64,000 nucleotides of DNA from Psilocybe cubensis (taxonomy: Eukaryota), in NCBI GenBank assembly GCA_017499595.2, contig CM038998.1:1798001-1862000 (forward strand), in the 5' to 3' direction. The notes beneath the pieces were generated by a model, which saw nothing but the letters and a program-made list of their open reading frames with translations, had not been told where the DNA came from and made no database searches. Numbering within the stretch: position 1 is the stretch's first letter; each line of letters begins with the position of its first letter. Both the position numbers and the translations under genes were made by a program. Shown in pieces: positions 38,433 through 53,000 of the stretch.

Positions 38433-38667
38433 TTCCTCGTTGCTGGTGTCCCTTTTTTAATTTTTATTCCTTATTAATGATGCCGCATGAATATTAGCAT
38501 ATTTAGTGTGTTCAAATGTATATTCGTGTCTTTGTTCAACCATAGGCAGTGTGTTATAATTGATCATTTTCGTCTCGTGTTTTCGTAAGTTACACCTCAA
38601 ATGGTGCTTCCATACCTTTGCCTCATCTATCAAATATTTAAATGACACTTGCTGGTTGATTTTTGCC

Positions 38668-39926
38668 ATGTCATCATTCTGGTCCAATCGCAAAGCGTTG
38701 TCGTACTGATTAATGATTCGAAGATCGTTGCCCCGTGTCAATTTCAGTGAAGATATAAAGTTGGCGGAACTGTTGAAGATGCTTCTAGCAAAACCACCAA
38801 CAGAGCAATAAGTCGCAATGATTTTAAAAGAGGAGTAAATAAAGGTCCATAAATTTTGTATTGAACCACTGTAGCTAACCATACATCTTAGACAGGATTC
38901 CACGCATGGAACATCAGAATTATCGTCGACCGAAGACTCCCCAACGAACTCGATAAAGATTTTTGACTCTGAATCAGAAAACAGCTCCACAACCCACTCA
39001 TCACTCAGAGTAGAAAACCCGTTACCACCAGTCCCACTGCCAGCGCTGAATCCTCCTCGGTATATTATTTTCTCGTCATGGCAGTTCTTAATTAAAAGTT
39101 CGCCTAAAGTTACAGCATTTTACAACAACAGCGCCAACTGCCTCTGCCTCAATCTGTCAGGTATACCTTTATGCCACAAACAAACCCAGCAAATAGCATG
39201 ATTATGAAACCTATGGATAACCATAACCTACCATCTTTCTACATCTCGATCAACTTGAATTGCTTTGTCGGCTTTTCATGCATCACAACAATCAGAAAGG
39301 AGGGATGGCATGGAGAAATCATTGGAGATTTTGAGTAAGATTCCGCAGAAGGTTGAACGAATTTCGTTTACAAGTCGTTGGTTAGGTTGAATGTCCATGG
39401 TAAACGAAAGCACGGAACAGTGTCTCTTTTCGGATACGAACGGATCCTGGACGATGTTTTTGGTGTCACGTCTAAGGTGTTCCGCGCAGGGGTAAGCCCC
39501 ACCAGGAATATTAAACTTACGGAATATAACGCAAAAACCACTGGCAGACGTACCACTGGTATGGACAAAATCGGTTTGGTAACAGTAAAACGACGTCAAA
39601 TCTGCGCTGGGAAGAATTTTCCGCTGAGGATTCTCCTTATACAACCTTATCGGTAATGACTTTGTAATGATGATCGTAATATGGTCGCTAAACCTCATTT
39701 GCAGTGTTGTCCGGAAAATGGGTATACAAGTAGTGGAAAAACCGTAATAGCACAATTGACTGTGCCCAATACTCTTCGCAGACCTGGCAAAAGCCAAGAA
39801 CTTACAAAGGTAGATATCGCACTTGATAAGTGCAGCTGTCTGGAAGAAATCGTTGTTTCGCTCTTGCTTGTCGAGCGATGCAGAAGAGCCACAGGCGGTA
39901 ATCGAGGTGGACGTTGGGCAGCGTAG
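38668..39926 (+). CDS. Possible multi-exon hypothetical protein
   Basis: Exon-like segments with GT/AG borders (e.g. TYHWYGQNRF..LRWEE; ..IAQLTVP..LEEIVVSLLLVER..*); 5' structure uncertain. Confidence 0.35.
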
Positions 39927-39946
39927 TAGTACCAAATATATAAAAA

Positions 39947-41344
39947 TTACGCCATCAGAGCAATATGTTTTAATTCACTGGTCATAAATTAGACGTGTAA
40001 AAGGTACAATGTAATGACGCTTACTTGCGGACAAATTCTCCCACTTTCATTGGCTCATAGCAAACTTCATCACCATCCGATTGCCCATCCCCAAGTTTTT
40101 CACTACGCAATTCAGCCGCTTTTGCGACTAAGGAGGAGATGGGGGCCAAGTCGTAATCGGAGGATAAATGCCAGAAGAATGTCGACGAGATGCGAATGAA
40201 TGGTCTGTCAGGATACTCAACTTTACGTCTTTCAATGGCCTGACGATGTAGTGGTTTGATTGTGTGAATGCACATGAGTAAAGTTAAGGTTCTGACCTGT
40301 ATTGTTTGTTCATTCACCACCACTTCGTGAAATCCTGCTTTAATTAGGCCACCTGTAATATGTTCAAGCTGCTTTCCTGCTTGGACAAGAAGGTTGCTGC
40401 CTTCTGGAATTCTGACAGGTATCCGTTTTCCTGTGTTTCGAGCCCATATGTTCAGACCAGGGTAACGAGATCGACCATGAATGGTCAAAAAGTTGAGATC
40501 AGAATGGAAGCCAGCCAGGATGGTATCTTTTTTTCCGTATTTCGAAAGGTCCGATGCAGTAGGTGCTAAAAGATGAGGGCTGAACGGTATCAGAATAAGG
40601 CCGTCTAACAGATTACGACGCGGTCTCACCCGTAACGTCCTGGATCTCTGAAAGTTTGGGCAGGGAGACCAAGACCGATGGCTACCATGTCTGCGAGAGC
40701 TGAAACGCTGAGTATTCATTAGATGGTGGTAATAAGTCGTATTTGATTACGATTACTTACGCATCCTTCATTGAGGTTCCCCATTTCTCCATGGTAAAAG
40801 TCCAGTTCTTCTTGATGAATTCAGCTTGAGGCACGACGTTGGCTGCATTCAATGCGGGATAGGCAGTTTCGTAAGGAGGCTTCTCGCTCATCTTCCAAAA
40901 GAAGCGGCATTTCGGGTCCGGGGAGTGGGCACTGATATCGAGAGGTCTTTCAGAGGGTTCCAAGGCCTCAATAATCCTAAGGCAGGGTTCATCTACAGCA
41001 CATTTGGGCTTCTCCGTGTTCTCAAGCGTGACCCCGATCTGGTAACTAAGCTCTGGACGTTCGTCTTTTTTCAACTCATCAATCGGTTGATTGAAATAAT
41101 CCTCCATCAAGTCCAAGAAAGAAGAATTATCATCTTCGGCTACACGGGAGTCTTTCAGGACCAAAGCACCATACGTAATGAGTGCATTGGCAGCCTACGA
41201 AAATTGAGCGTTTGCTTTTTCATGGGATTCGAAAGATAATACTTTTTTGCATTCCTCGATTACAGCGTCGGAATCAGATGGCCCAGCAAGAAAAATATCG
41301 AGGTTAATTACAGGAAGGTCCTGGGAGATATCCTGAGAGGCCAT
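39947..41344 (-). CDS. 2-oxoglutarate/Fe(II) dioxygenase, IPNS-like
   Basis: LPVINLD, ALITYGALV, GFHSDLNFLTIHG (HxD), VQAGKQLEHITGG..AGFHEV, RISSTFF. Confidence 0.88.
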
Positions 41345-41574
41345 AATCGTCGATATGCAGAAGATGGGAAAAAGAAAGGTTCAATTCACTTATCTACCGT
41401 AATCTGTTCTTTTCATCGCCAATGGAAGAGTTGCATGTGGGGATTCCGGACACAGCCACCAGTGCCGAGTACGTTAATTGAAATCAAGCCCAATGTGACT
41501 GTTTGGACCTCCTTTGCATCGCGACTACCACCTTTGACTCACCACTAACACGTTTTCTACTAGCCATCACTATC

Positions 41575-42387
41575 ATGATCAAGGTCATCGCTGGCATATA
41601 TCTCAAGCAAACTTATAACTAAGTTGTCTATTTTATTCCAGATATGGAGCATGAAGAAGAACGAGGAGGCTGCGGCTAAGAAGAAGCCCAAGACCAGCGC
41701 TGCCCAAATTCGTGTCCAGAAAGGTGCGTTTGTCCAGGCCACAACTTCCTAATGAAACTGATAGTCGGATCCTCTCAGATTTGACCGAGCTCGATCTACC
41801 ATCGACTATGCAGACCCATTTCCCTGATCCCTCCGATCTCCTCAATTTCACTCTCACAATTACGCCAGACGAGGGTATAAGCGCTTTTTACCTTTCTTGT
41901 TTCTTGGAAATTCACATCTTTCTCCAGGCATGTACAAAGGCGGTGCCTTCACTTTCTCGTTTGCTATCAATACCAATTACCCACACGATCCACCAAAGGT
42001 CAAATGCACCCAAACAGTGTGTTACAGAGTATCTATATTTTGTCGGATAAGCTGATCAATGCCCTGTTAGATTTATCACCCCAATGTTGACTTGGAGGGG
42101 AATGTGTGTCTCAATATCCTCAGAGAGGACTGGAAACCCGTCCTCAATCTCAACTCGGTGATGGTGGGACTACAATACTTGTTCCTTGAGCCAAACGCGG
42201 ATGATCCATTGAACAAGGGTGAGATTTGCTTACTATTTGCATACATCCCTGTTTGAATGGTTATGCTTTTTCAGAGGCGGCGTTGGAGATGAGCAAGAAC
42301 CGTGAACAATTCCTTAACAACGTCAAGTTTTCCATGAGAGGAAGCAATATCAAGGGCGTTCAATACGACAATGTCCTTGTGCGATAG
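41575..42387 (+). CDS. UBC12: NEDD8-conjugating enzyme Ubc12
   Basis: [57 protein letters not shown]. Confidence 0.96.
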
Positions 42388-42666
42388 TTTTTTTTTCTCC
42401 CTCATCATTTCTATGTCGTGCATCACGTTTTGGTCTCTTTCTGTCGTTGCTTTCCTCCATTACTATCATCTGATCTTTCACATCTCTATTCCTCACGCCG
42501 CACACCATATCCATTTCAAGACTTTGACATTGGTGGATAGAATCGTAGAATGTCGAGACGTATAATCTGGCATGACGGTGTTCGATTAGATCCTTACATA
42601 TTGTACATTTATACATGCGCTGCTTAATGACGAGCCTGTTGTATTTGTAATAGGTCGTCTGTACTT

Positions 42667-43222
42667 TCAGCTTCCCCTGTAGGTAGTGAAACCGTAAGGG
42701 CTGATTAAAAGTGGTATATGGTAGTGTTCTTCCGGATTCTCAATAACAAAGGTGATCTGTAGGAAATTTAGGGGTCAATTGTATGAGAGTAATCGCAGCG
42801 GACTTCACCTCCACCCAAGGATAGAAAGAGCGACGGTTTGTGCGGTCGAAATACTCTTTTGTTCTGAAAATGACCTTGTATGTCTGTCCTGCCACGAGAT
42901 CAGTTTTCTCTTTGCGAGCTAATTCTGAACCCCTGGGAGGAAGGAGATCTAAGCAACGACCGTCTGCATTTGTTTCTCTGTCAATAGAATCGGTTTGAGA
43001 ATATGATAAACTGCACTAAAGAAATATATTTTCATACCCTTTAGCAAGTGGGTGGAATATATCTGGGCCACCCTCCTTGGAGACCTCTAGTTGCTGGAGA
43101 CGAATGAACACTCCTTCGGCAGGTTTCCCTGTTGATGAATCAAGAACTGGGCGGGAGTGAGCGATTACAAAAGACAAAAAAAAGACAGATATACCGTGGC
43201 AGGTTATGGGTGATTTGGACAT
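42667..43222 (-). CDS. 5-hydroxyisourate hydrolase (transthyretin-like)
   Basis: SPITCH|VLDSSTGKPA, DGRC, FYPWVE, HYHIPLLISPYGFTTYRGS* signature. Confidence 0.95.
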
Positions 43223-43421
43223 GGCTGTCAGTGGTGAAGATAATGGAATTGGAAATCTCCTGAAGTCTCCACGGAAATGTGAGGTGATATCATGGTCAGC
43301 GCGCCAGCCAAGCCCCGGCGAAGAGCACACTTGTCATCCTTTTTCCGAAAGGGCGGTCGGCGCGGTCCGTGTGGCCGGACTGGAAGTAAAAATGTTCGTC
43401 TGCTTCGTAGCTTGAACCACC

Positions 43422-44569
43422 ATGGCTACTACTTCTTCTGCAGGCCCTCCTCTTGGAAAATATCTTGCGTCCACAGGTACCGTTCACCCTCTGCTCTCCG
43501 TGAACTAGTTTGTTCAACTGAATAGCACAAAGAGAAGAAGACACGCGACAAAGCCATCAAAAATCTATCAGTATTTCTGTCGGATAGTCAAAATGTCATC
43601 TCGAAGTCAGAAATGGACAAACTATGGAAAGGGATATTCTACTGTGAGCTCTGGCGGATTATTCATCAGCGCCCCGTATGAATTTCCCTGCAGGTTTCTG
43701 GATGTCCGATAAACCACTGGTTCAACAGGCGTTAGCCACAGAATTGGCTGAGTTGCTTTTGACCATCACATCTACATCAGCATCTTTGGCATTCCTGCGA
43801 GGGTTCTGGGAGACTACAGTACGTGAATGGAATGGGATTGACCGACTGAGGTGCGCCGCTTTCTCTAAGTTACCAATTTAACCAATTCATTTCTCTCAGG
43901 ATTGATAAGTACTACATGCTAATACGCCGATTCATAAACGCTACTTTCCGACTTCTCCTCCGGGAGAACTGGGAAGAAGGCGCATGCCAGCAATATAATG
44001 AGATCCTGACAAGACAAAGTGGACCTCTTTGGTGAGATTTATTGGTATACCAATTCTAGCATAGCTAAACTCACAGCGCATACTTCAGCCCTAACGACAT
44101 CCGAGTGCCCGCTAGCCTGGCCTATCATATCGCTGATGTCTATGCCGAAGAACTCAATAAAGCTCTCGCCGCTGAAAAATCACCATCACCGGCTCCTTTG
44201 GGTACTGTGCTTGAACCATTCATCTTTCTGGCTGCGCGAACGCCGACCACTGTCACATATAAGCGGATACAATCAGCCCTGTTTGAACCTTTGTTTGCTG
44301 CACTTGCCCCGGAATCCATAGCAGAGGAGGAACCTCGAAAATCAAAGCGCATACGCCTTACCGCAGAGGCTTCATACCCTGAAGTTCTTGCTAACTCGTG
44401 CTTTAGTGACCCCAAACTTGAAGGGTCGCAAGAAGGGCCCATGTTGAAGAAAAAATTGCTGCAGAAGATATTTGAGGTTGCAAGCCAGCCAGAAACCCGT
44501 GATTCCAGCCGAAGAAAGATGTACGCCCTCTGGAAGGAAAATTATGAAGAGGATCCCAGTGACGAGTGA
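43422..44569 (+). CDS. RRP1: rRNA processing protein Rrp1/Nop52 (NNP-1)
   Basis: LGKYLAST|EKKTRDKA, KLWKGIFY|CFWMSDKPLVQQ, REWNGIDRLR|IDKYYML. Confidence 0.93.
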
Positions 44570-44704
44570 TATTTGTACCCAAACCTTGAGTGTATAATAT
44601 CAATTTATTATAATACATATGATATGCTATACAGGTGAAAATATGTAGCTGATTACAATCGGATATTCAGAATAATGCAACATTATCGTAATTGCCACGA
44701 ACCT

Positions 44705-46748
44705 CTATTCATTGTGATAGGGCATGGCAGCATCCACCATCTCAGTAATCCAGCCCATTAAAACATCATCCCGGATTTTGACCTCCTCCAAAAGCTTTCT
44801 GATTCCAACAAATGCCCTGCGACCTCGTCTTTCGCCCTCTTTGTCGTCTCCGGAAGGAATCCCATCGGCGTGGTGTGCATTTTCTGATGGGTCGTCAGTC
44901 TCTTCAACCAAACCTGGGAACCCGAAGTGATCTGCGTCCACGCGCGGCGCGGCATCGGAAGAAGCAAAGGACGTGCGAAAAAGAATGCGAATAATGAGCA
45001 ATGCTGTCAATGAAGTAGATGGAGGATCTGCAATGGGGGCGTCGTAAGTTATCGTAGTACTCCGAGGTGGGGGAGGCGGCCGTGAAGTGGGTGTTGGTAC
45101 TGGGTGAGGATAGTTTTCAGTAGGCAAAGTTATGGTGTCGCTTTGAGAAGGGTGCTTTTGCATTGGCTGCGTACTTGAAATGTGGGTAAGAGTATGTACG
45201 CTGAGATCCCTCTTTGATAGCGGGGCTTGGGAACATGCCGACCACAGACAAGACGTTTCTGCTGTCTCTGCAGACTCCAGGTGCTGAAGAACATGGTCAT
45301 ACAGGTCGGTGGGTGATGAAAATGGGGATGATGTGCATTGGGAACGATTCCATTGGCATCTATATCTCTCGCTGGCAGCTGACTCTTTCCGTCTGTCTAC
45401 TCCTCTCACGACGAAGCGTTGCACTGGCCCTTGAAGAACCATGGCTTGAGCTTGAGGGAAAACGCTTGTCACATTTTTTATTACGTCCGAGGCTACCAAA
45501 AGAGGGTGTTGTTCTGCATATGGAGAGAAGGCATCTTTGTAAAGGGTCCAGAAATCAACCTGAGTCAATTCTCCATCAGCCTTCGCTAAAAACATAGCAC
45601 GCATCCTGAAAATCATTTAAACAGCGTCTAATGAGCAATAAACACAGAGACGTACCAGTCATAACAACGCTGAGGTTCAGGCTTTTGAACAAGGTTCTCT
45701 AGCTCTTCTTTTGTAAGGTCATGGTCGCGCGTCGGCTGCGTTGTGGAAGGCGCAGTGTAGATAGGGCCAGTAATATCGATGGTAAAAGTTTTCTCGATTG
45801 CGCGTTGTTCGTGGATTAGCAGATTACTAAGAACTTTGAGAACAGCCGACATTTCAGGATGAAGAAGGAATGCCCGAGCCATAGAGGGATGGGAAATATG
45901 ACAATAAAGATAGTTAAGGCAGGCATCAATCAGAGGTTTGTCGATGAATAAGGGTAGGTATCGTATTGACGCTGCGAGAGCTTCAGATTGAGCAGACAAG
46001 TGTGCACCGTTGGCAGGATTGGAAAGCAAGGAAGTCAATGTTGTCAGAGTCGCAATGATCATAGTGCGATTGGAGGTTTCGGATACAATTCGTAGAAGGG
46101 GGGGGATTGGGTTCGATATGGCTGGTGCGGCGGGATGCACAACATAAACTGAAGCTAAAAAGTGAAATATATTGAGAATGTGGAGGAGGGCTTCGCAGTC
46201 CCCTTTATGATCCAAAGTATGGAGGGCGTTCAAGATAAGGGGTATAGTATGAGAATGCCTGGCAAAAGTCTCGGCGTTAGGCTCGTATAAAGCGGCATTC
46301 CCGAGTATGAAGAGAGATTCCAGAGCAAACTGGCGCTGTTGAGCGGAGGCTGGAGAAACAGAAAAGAGAAGGCCAGCATCCTTAAAGTTCTTGTATCCCT
46401 CCCTGACATACCACTCTGGCCAATCGAACAAGCCGTCAATGACGCCTGGAATGAACATGAATTGATTGTTATTGACAAGACGGCAAAGACGATCGAGAGC
46501 CCATGTAATTTCTGAAGGAATACCGGACCGAATGGACAATGCCATTCTGTTGTTGGGTACTCTCTCGGTATACCATCCTATAATTGAAGATTGATGCTGT
46601 GAACACAGAATGAAATCTCATTTGACGTACGTTCATAGTCATCCCTGACATCCAGTCTGGGGGCAGGCGGAGCTTGGGGTTGATAGGATGGAGGGCGATA
46701 GTATTGAGCTTGTTGGGGTACCCCTCTGTTATTGATAAAGGTGGCCAT
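44705..46748 (-). CDS. RSC9: RSC chromatin-remodelling subunit Rsc9-like (ARM repeats, RFX-type winged helix, C2H2-like fingers)
   Basis: RMALSIRSGIPSEITWAL, PEPQRCYDW|MRAMF, TQVDFWTLY..F, QRFVVRGV, CQW..C..LYDHV..H. Confidence 0.75.
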
Positions 46749-47049
46749 GTGGCTGAAACGAAGGTGGACTCAACAACGTCAAGGTTATGGATGGTGATTC
46801 AACGTTCAACCTTCAACTTTCAAGTTAATGTGAACTTTCGCATCTAGAAAATCGCGCCTGTCACAAACGCCAGAGAGTCACGTGTGTGTTATTATTTTGT
46901 CACGCAGCAGGCTTACGCCGGCAATCAAAACCTTCCTATGCCAGGCCCAAAATCATAGCAACTTTCACTTCTGACCAAATCTTGATCATATCCTTCACTT
47001 ACGAATTTGTCGCTACATTCCTCAATCTGCTAGAGCTAATAGAAGTATC

Positions 47050-49628
47050 ATGCTACTAGGACACAAGAGTAACAGCCCAAGGGGACTTGCAGTGACCTCC
47101 AAATTTGTCGCGATATATAGCAAGCTTTTCCAGGGGTTATCACCCCAAAGCATCAACCCTGAACATGATCAAGAACGCCTCTTTTCTGATTTGCTTGATC
47201 TCAAGGTAGACCGCTCATACCTCAGAGAGGAACTTGACAAGATTCCAAAAGAAAAATGCACGGGAACCTTTAAGGTAAGCTGTATCCATGCTTGACCTGT
47301 ATGTTTTGGCTGGTATATGTGAATAATCTATATGCAAATTTTATATTTTAGTAGCCTCTACTGAGTACGCTGTTTCGGATATGCATAAAACATGCCCGTT
47401 CGATAAAAAATGATGACGACAAGAGACTTCATGCTATGGAAACTCAGTCCATTCTGGTTTCTACAATGCTTGCAAAGAACCTGACGGGGTGGGAAGTTAT
47501 GGAGATATTGGCAGGTTCTGTTTCTCAAAGCGATTTTGTATTCTCCGTCAGTTGTTGGATTTCATCTTTCCAAATGTTGGTTGTTTACAACACAACAGGA
47601 GTTTACGGAAACCCTTGACGTCCTCATCGGCGACAGTGGAGCTTCTGGTCAATCTTAATTTGTTTGACGTATATGTATTCTTATCGTTGAAGTTTTTAGT
47701 GACACTACGCCATCAAGCTGTCCAGCTCGGCTTGATATTTATGTGTGGAGTGGGTCAACTAAGCACTGGTGCATATTTTTTGAGGCGGAATTTTTTTCCT
47801 TCTATTGTATCTGTAAGTTTGATCAGTGCCCCCAGAGTTCAAGAGGTTGTCGGCAGATGTTAATTTTTGATTGCAGTTCGTGAAATCGCCAGAAATGGAA
47901 CAATATGTCTTTGAAGCCGTGCTTTTTCTGGCAATTCTCGCAAATTATCACAAGTCCGATGCGGCGAAGCTAAATACTTATCTAAAGCAAATTCGGAATT
48001 CATCAGACGGTGATTTCATGCGAAAACTTTGCTGGGTGTCCAACTACACTTTGGGGACCTCAATTAAGTAAGAGTGAGACACTTTACAGGCAGAGTTAAT
48101 ATAACGTGTTCTTCCCAGACAATATCAGGAACTCGGTTCTGAATCATTTGGCCTAAATCTTACCTCGTCATTCGGTGCTGTTCTGAATCGATGGCTTCCG
48201 GAAAATACTTTATTATTGAGTCATCCAAATGCATATGGAGACAAATATAAAGACCAGTAAGTAATCTGCTTTCTAAATTCTATAAATCCGTGACATTTCT
48301 GCAGACCGGTTGAAGCAACTGTTATATTACTTGCGGTTTACGAATTTCTACTTTCTAACCCAATGTTTGCAACTGTATTGATCGAAGACATGGTATCTCC
48401 TGATGATTCCGTCCAATGTCCCCTGTTTTGCACTATAATATCCTTGACTTCGTACCTGTGCACACATGCAATGTCTACGGCTTCTCCGCGGTCGATTGCT
48501 TACGCTGGAATATCTATCAATATGATTCTCGCTCTGGTAGAAAATAAAGTGGTTATGGAGTTTATTTCTCAAAACAATGTTCCATCTATCCAGATGTGCC
48601 GTCAGGTATGCATATATCTCAGCAACGCCTTTCGTACAACCACTGAATACCCAATGACAAGCGTTCCCCACCTTTGCCTGCATCGAAGGGTGTTCTAAAA
48701 CCGCCTGTGTGCTTTGTCTTGGACTGTTGCATTCTTTGGCTTCGTCATAACCTTCACAAGCGCCTGGAAGTGCCGTCGTTCATGTAAGGCTACCACATGT
48801 TTAATGAGGAAATACCTCATCAACATTGTAGAAATGTCGTTTGGATCTGTTACCGTGTCATATGGTTCTTACAGCACCGCCGCGTGCGTCTTGGTACGCA
48901 AAAATAAATACTTGAAACAACCTATTAACGTCATACATCATCATAGACTACTACTGGACAGAATTATGGAATTCCCTCTTCAACCTTCTTGATTTCTTGT
49001 CATCGAAACTTGAGAGCTTGCACACAACTGGTGGCGTAGAGATGTTGATTTCGGAAGTAAGTCTTGAAAAATTATTGATGAAGCCTTTCTTACCGTATTA
49101 AATAGACGCTATGTCTCCTCGATTTGGCAGTTTGTACCTCCGAATCGTTCTTACCCACCCCACGGTTATTACACGAATTCATCGTAAGATTGATTAATGC
49201 CACTGGATTGAATTGAAGCTAAACAAGGCTTCGTAAAGTATGAACTTGTTCGCTCCTCTTCTATTCTGAAGAAGCAAGAGGCTGTTATAAGAACTCTTGC
49301 TATACCAGACTCATCAACTACCCGACCATCATTAAGAGGGGATTCCATAGTTACAACTTTGGAACACATACTATCAATATCTAGCATTTTTGAAGCAAAA
49401 ATTGGGAGTGCTAACATCGGAAATGCCAAAGATACGATGAAGGCGGTTGCGGCAGAAATCGAAGCAAACGGTTTGCACGTTACACGTGAAATTCTGGAAA
49501 CGGTACCACCGTAAGTAATGTTTTTATAGTATCCTATGCAGTGGCTAAAAACCAACCCATGTCCAGGACACGCTCGCAGGAAGTTCTTGACTTTGCACGA
49601 ATCGCTTGCGAGGACGGCCTCGCACTGA
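47050..49628 (+). CDS. ARMH3/C10orf76 (DUF1741)-like armadillo protein, many exons
   Basis: SKFVAIYSKLF, LAILANYHKSDA, LAVYEF, LTSYLCTHA, LRHNL, YELVRS; family assignment by motif recall. Confidence 0.65.
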
Positions 49629-50029
49629 TGCCATAAAAGGAAGGTGTTCTTAGATAGCCGCGCGGGGTTCCGTTGCTCCGAGCCAGCAGAAAAAGTTTTT
49701 GTCTTTTGGATGATGCTATATTCGTCGGGCGTCAATGACACGGTTGTTTACTCCGTACCAAGTGTATAAAAGTCTTCCTTTTTAATCAAAAATTGTCCTG
49801 TAAAGTCTGTCCTTCACCAGAGGCTGAAATCTTGGATATTTCTCGAAATCATGGCCATGTGTCTACTTATACATACCGTTATCAGCCAATTACGTCCATA
49901 GGGTTTTACTCGGTGAATGGCTCGGTGAACATTTTTGCATCTCGCGCCAGTTTTTTTTTGCTGCTGCCCACCCTCTTCGTCCCTCCCACTGCTTGTGTGG
50001 CCTAGTAGAGTTGCCCGCAGAGCCTCGCC

Positions 50030-53000
50030 ATGGCAGCTTTGCGCTTTGCTCCTGGCCTAGTTCGACTAGCCAACTCATCTTTTCTTCGACTACAAAACCG
50101 AGGGCTGGCTAGCCTCAAGCAGCCAACTTCTCTGTTTGCTCCTCTCGATGCCTTTCCGGAACGTCACATAGGTCCTGACGACGATGAAGCCTTTAAGATG
50201 CTTTCTAAGCTCGGATACGATTCCATGGATGCGTTCGTGGCAGATACTGTTCCGCCTAAGATCAGGGTTTCCGCCCATTCTGTCGATGACGTTTCGATCC
50301 CATCATTTAGTGAATCAGAACTGAACGCAAGGGCCAAGCAACTGGGTGGTCAAAACAAGCCTTTTAAGAGCTACATTGGCATGGGTTATCACTGCGCGGT
50401 TGTACCCCCTGTCATTTTGCGTAATGTATGTTCATAGAATGTTTTTTTGGAGCGTTGGGATATTAAACTTTGTTTAGGTCATGGAAAATCCGGCATGGTA
50501 TACACCATACACACCATATCAGCCCGAAATTGCACAAGGTACAGTTATTTGCAAAGTAGCAATAGGTTTTATCTAATGAAAAGCCAGGTCGTTTGGAATC
50601 TCTGGTCAATTTTCAGACGATGGTTATGTCGTTAACTGCCATGGACATTGCGAATGCATCTCTTCTGGACGAGGCCACGGCTGCTGCTGAAGGAATGGTT
50701 ATGGCCTTCGTATCTGCCCCTAAAAAGCGGACGTTTGTCGTGGATCAAGGAGTCACCAGTCAAACTATTGCGGTTCTTCGTACCCGTGCGAAAGGTTTTG
50801 GCATCAACGTGATTGTAGGCGATGCATCTTCTTTGCTGGAAGAGACGCAGATCCAGTCTGATATTTGTGGCGTACTGGTCCAATACCCCGACGTAGATGG
50901 AAATATCAAGAATTTTGGAGACCTAGCGCAAACCGCTCATTCACTGGGTGCTCTTGTCATTTGTGCCACTGACCTCTTGGCCCTAACAAAGATAAAGCCA
51001 CCCGGTGAATGGGGAGCGGACGTTGTTGTCGGAAATTCTGCTCGATTCGGTGTACCGGCTGGTTATGGGGGACCTCATGCAGCTTTCTTTGCAGTCACAG
51101 ACAAACTAAAGCGCAAAATGCCTGGAAGACTCATTGGTCGAAGCCGTGATACTCAGGGAAATCTTGCCTATAGACTTTCTCTACAAAGTGAGTTTTTTTC
51201 TCCTTCCATCGACGAGATACATCGGATCTTAACTTTCTTATGAACAGCTCGTGAGCAACACATCCGTCGGGAGAAAGCTACTAGCAACATTTGCACCAGT
51301 CAAGCCTTACTTGCTAATATGGCAGCAATGTATGCCGTTTATCATGGGCCTGCCGGACTTCAACGTATCGCTACCAAGGTCCATAAATTCACGGAGGTTT
51401 TTAAAACTGCTGTCATTGGCATGGGTTACAAGCCTATCAATTCAACCTTCTTCGACACCATCACTTTGGAAGTTTCTGCTGCTGCTGGCTCCGCTGAAAT
51501 TGTTCATGCTAAAGCAACCGATTCTGCAATCAATTTGCGACACATCGATAACAATCATGTTGGAATTACTCTGGACGAAAGTGTCTCTCCGGCTGACCTG
51601 CTTGCCCTTGTGAATGTTTTTGCTTCAGCGGCATCCAAAACACCGTTGGCCTTAGCTGACTTACAAGAACCCGAATTGTCATCGATTCCTGTTACTTTAC
51701 AACGCACTTCCGAGTATCTTCCTCATCCTGTTTTCAACAAACATCATTCCGAGACTGAAATGCTTCGCTACATTCACCATCTGGCATCGAAGGATCTGGG
51801 TCTCGTCCATAGCATGATTCCTCTTGGGAGCTGCACGATGAAGCTGAACAGCACTAGCAGCATGATTCCCCTTACTTGGCCGGAATTCAGTTCAGTCCAC
51901 CCATTTGCACCTTACGACCAAGTTCAAGGATATCATCAGATCATCAAGGTCTGTCAGACCTGAATGTGATGGTGCAATTTCAGAACTAATTTTTTTTTCG
52001 AACTCAGGAACTAGAAGACGATCTTTGTAAGATCACAGGGTTCCACGCAGCGTCACTGCAACCCAACTCTGGAGCCGCTGGAGAATATGCTGGTCTTTCT
52101 GTCATTCGAGCTTATCACGAATCTCGAAATGAAGGTCACCGTGATATTTGTTTAATTCCTCTGAGCGCACACGGCACAAATCCTGCAGTGAGCAGATTCT
52201 ATTTTACGAAGATGAATTACACTAATTTTGGTCCTTAGTCTGCTGCTATGGCTGGCCTAAAAGTTGTCGCTGTCAAAGTGCATGCTGATGGTAATCTCGA
52301 TCTCGAAGACCTGCAAACCAAGGCAGAGAAACACAAGGATAAATTGGCCGCATTCATGGTGAGGAGAGTCACAAATTTGTGAAACCCCGATTTTTATTTC
52401 AGTACAGATTACCTATCCTTCGACGTTTGGTGTATTCGAAGCTGGAGTTCAAGATGTGGGTTGGAAATTTATCTTTATGACCGCAAATGTCTCATTTTTG
52501 TTAGGCATGCAAAATTATTCATGATAATGGCGGCCAAGTCTATCTGGACGGTGCCAATCTTAATGCCCAAATCGGTATCACAAACCCTGCGACGTGTGGA
52601 GGCGATGTTTGCCACATGAATCTTCACAAAACCTTTGCAATGTGAGTTACACATCGCAACATTTGATAGAAATATTAATCAAACTTTTGTAGTCCGCACG
52701 GTGGAGGAGGTCCCGGTGTTGGGTACTTACTTTTCTTATGACGTTTTATACTTCATTAACGCGTTGGTCTAGCCCAATATGTGTTGCTGAACACCTTGCA
52801 CCATTCCTTCCTAGTCATCCGGCCATGCCGGTACGCGGTGCTCAGGCTATCGAAGCCGTCTCAGCTGCACCATTTGGTAGCGCATCTATCAACCTCATTT
52901 CATGGGCTTATATCAAAATGTTGGGGGGGAGTGGGCTTGTCCAGTCATCTAAAATTGCTCTTTTGAATGCGAATTACATGGCCTCTCGACTCCAAGACTA

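Noticed and set aside
38457-39935. Minus-strand ORFs 38457-38990 and 39276-39935 as genes
   Set aside because: No recognisable motifs and non-ATG starts; splice signals favour a plus-strand gene.
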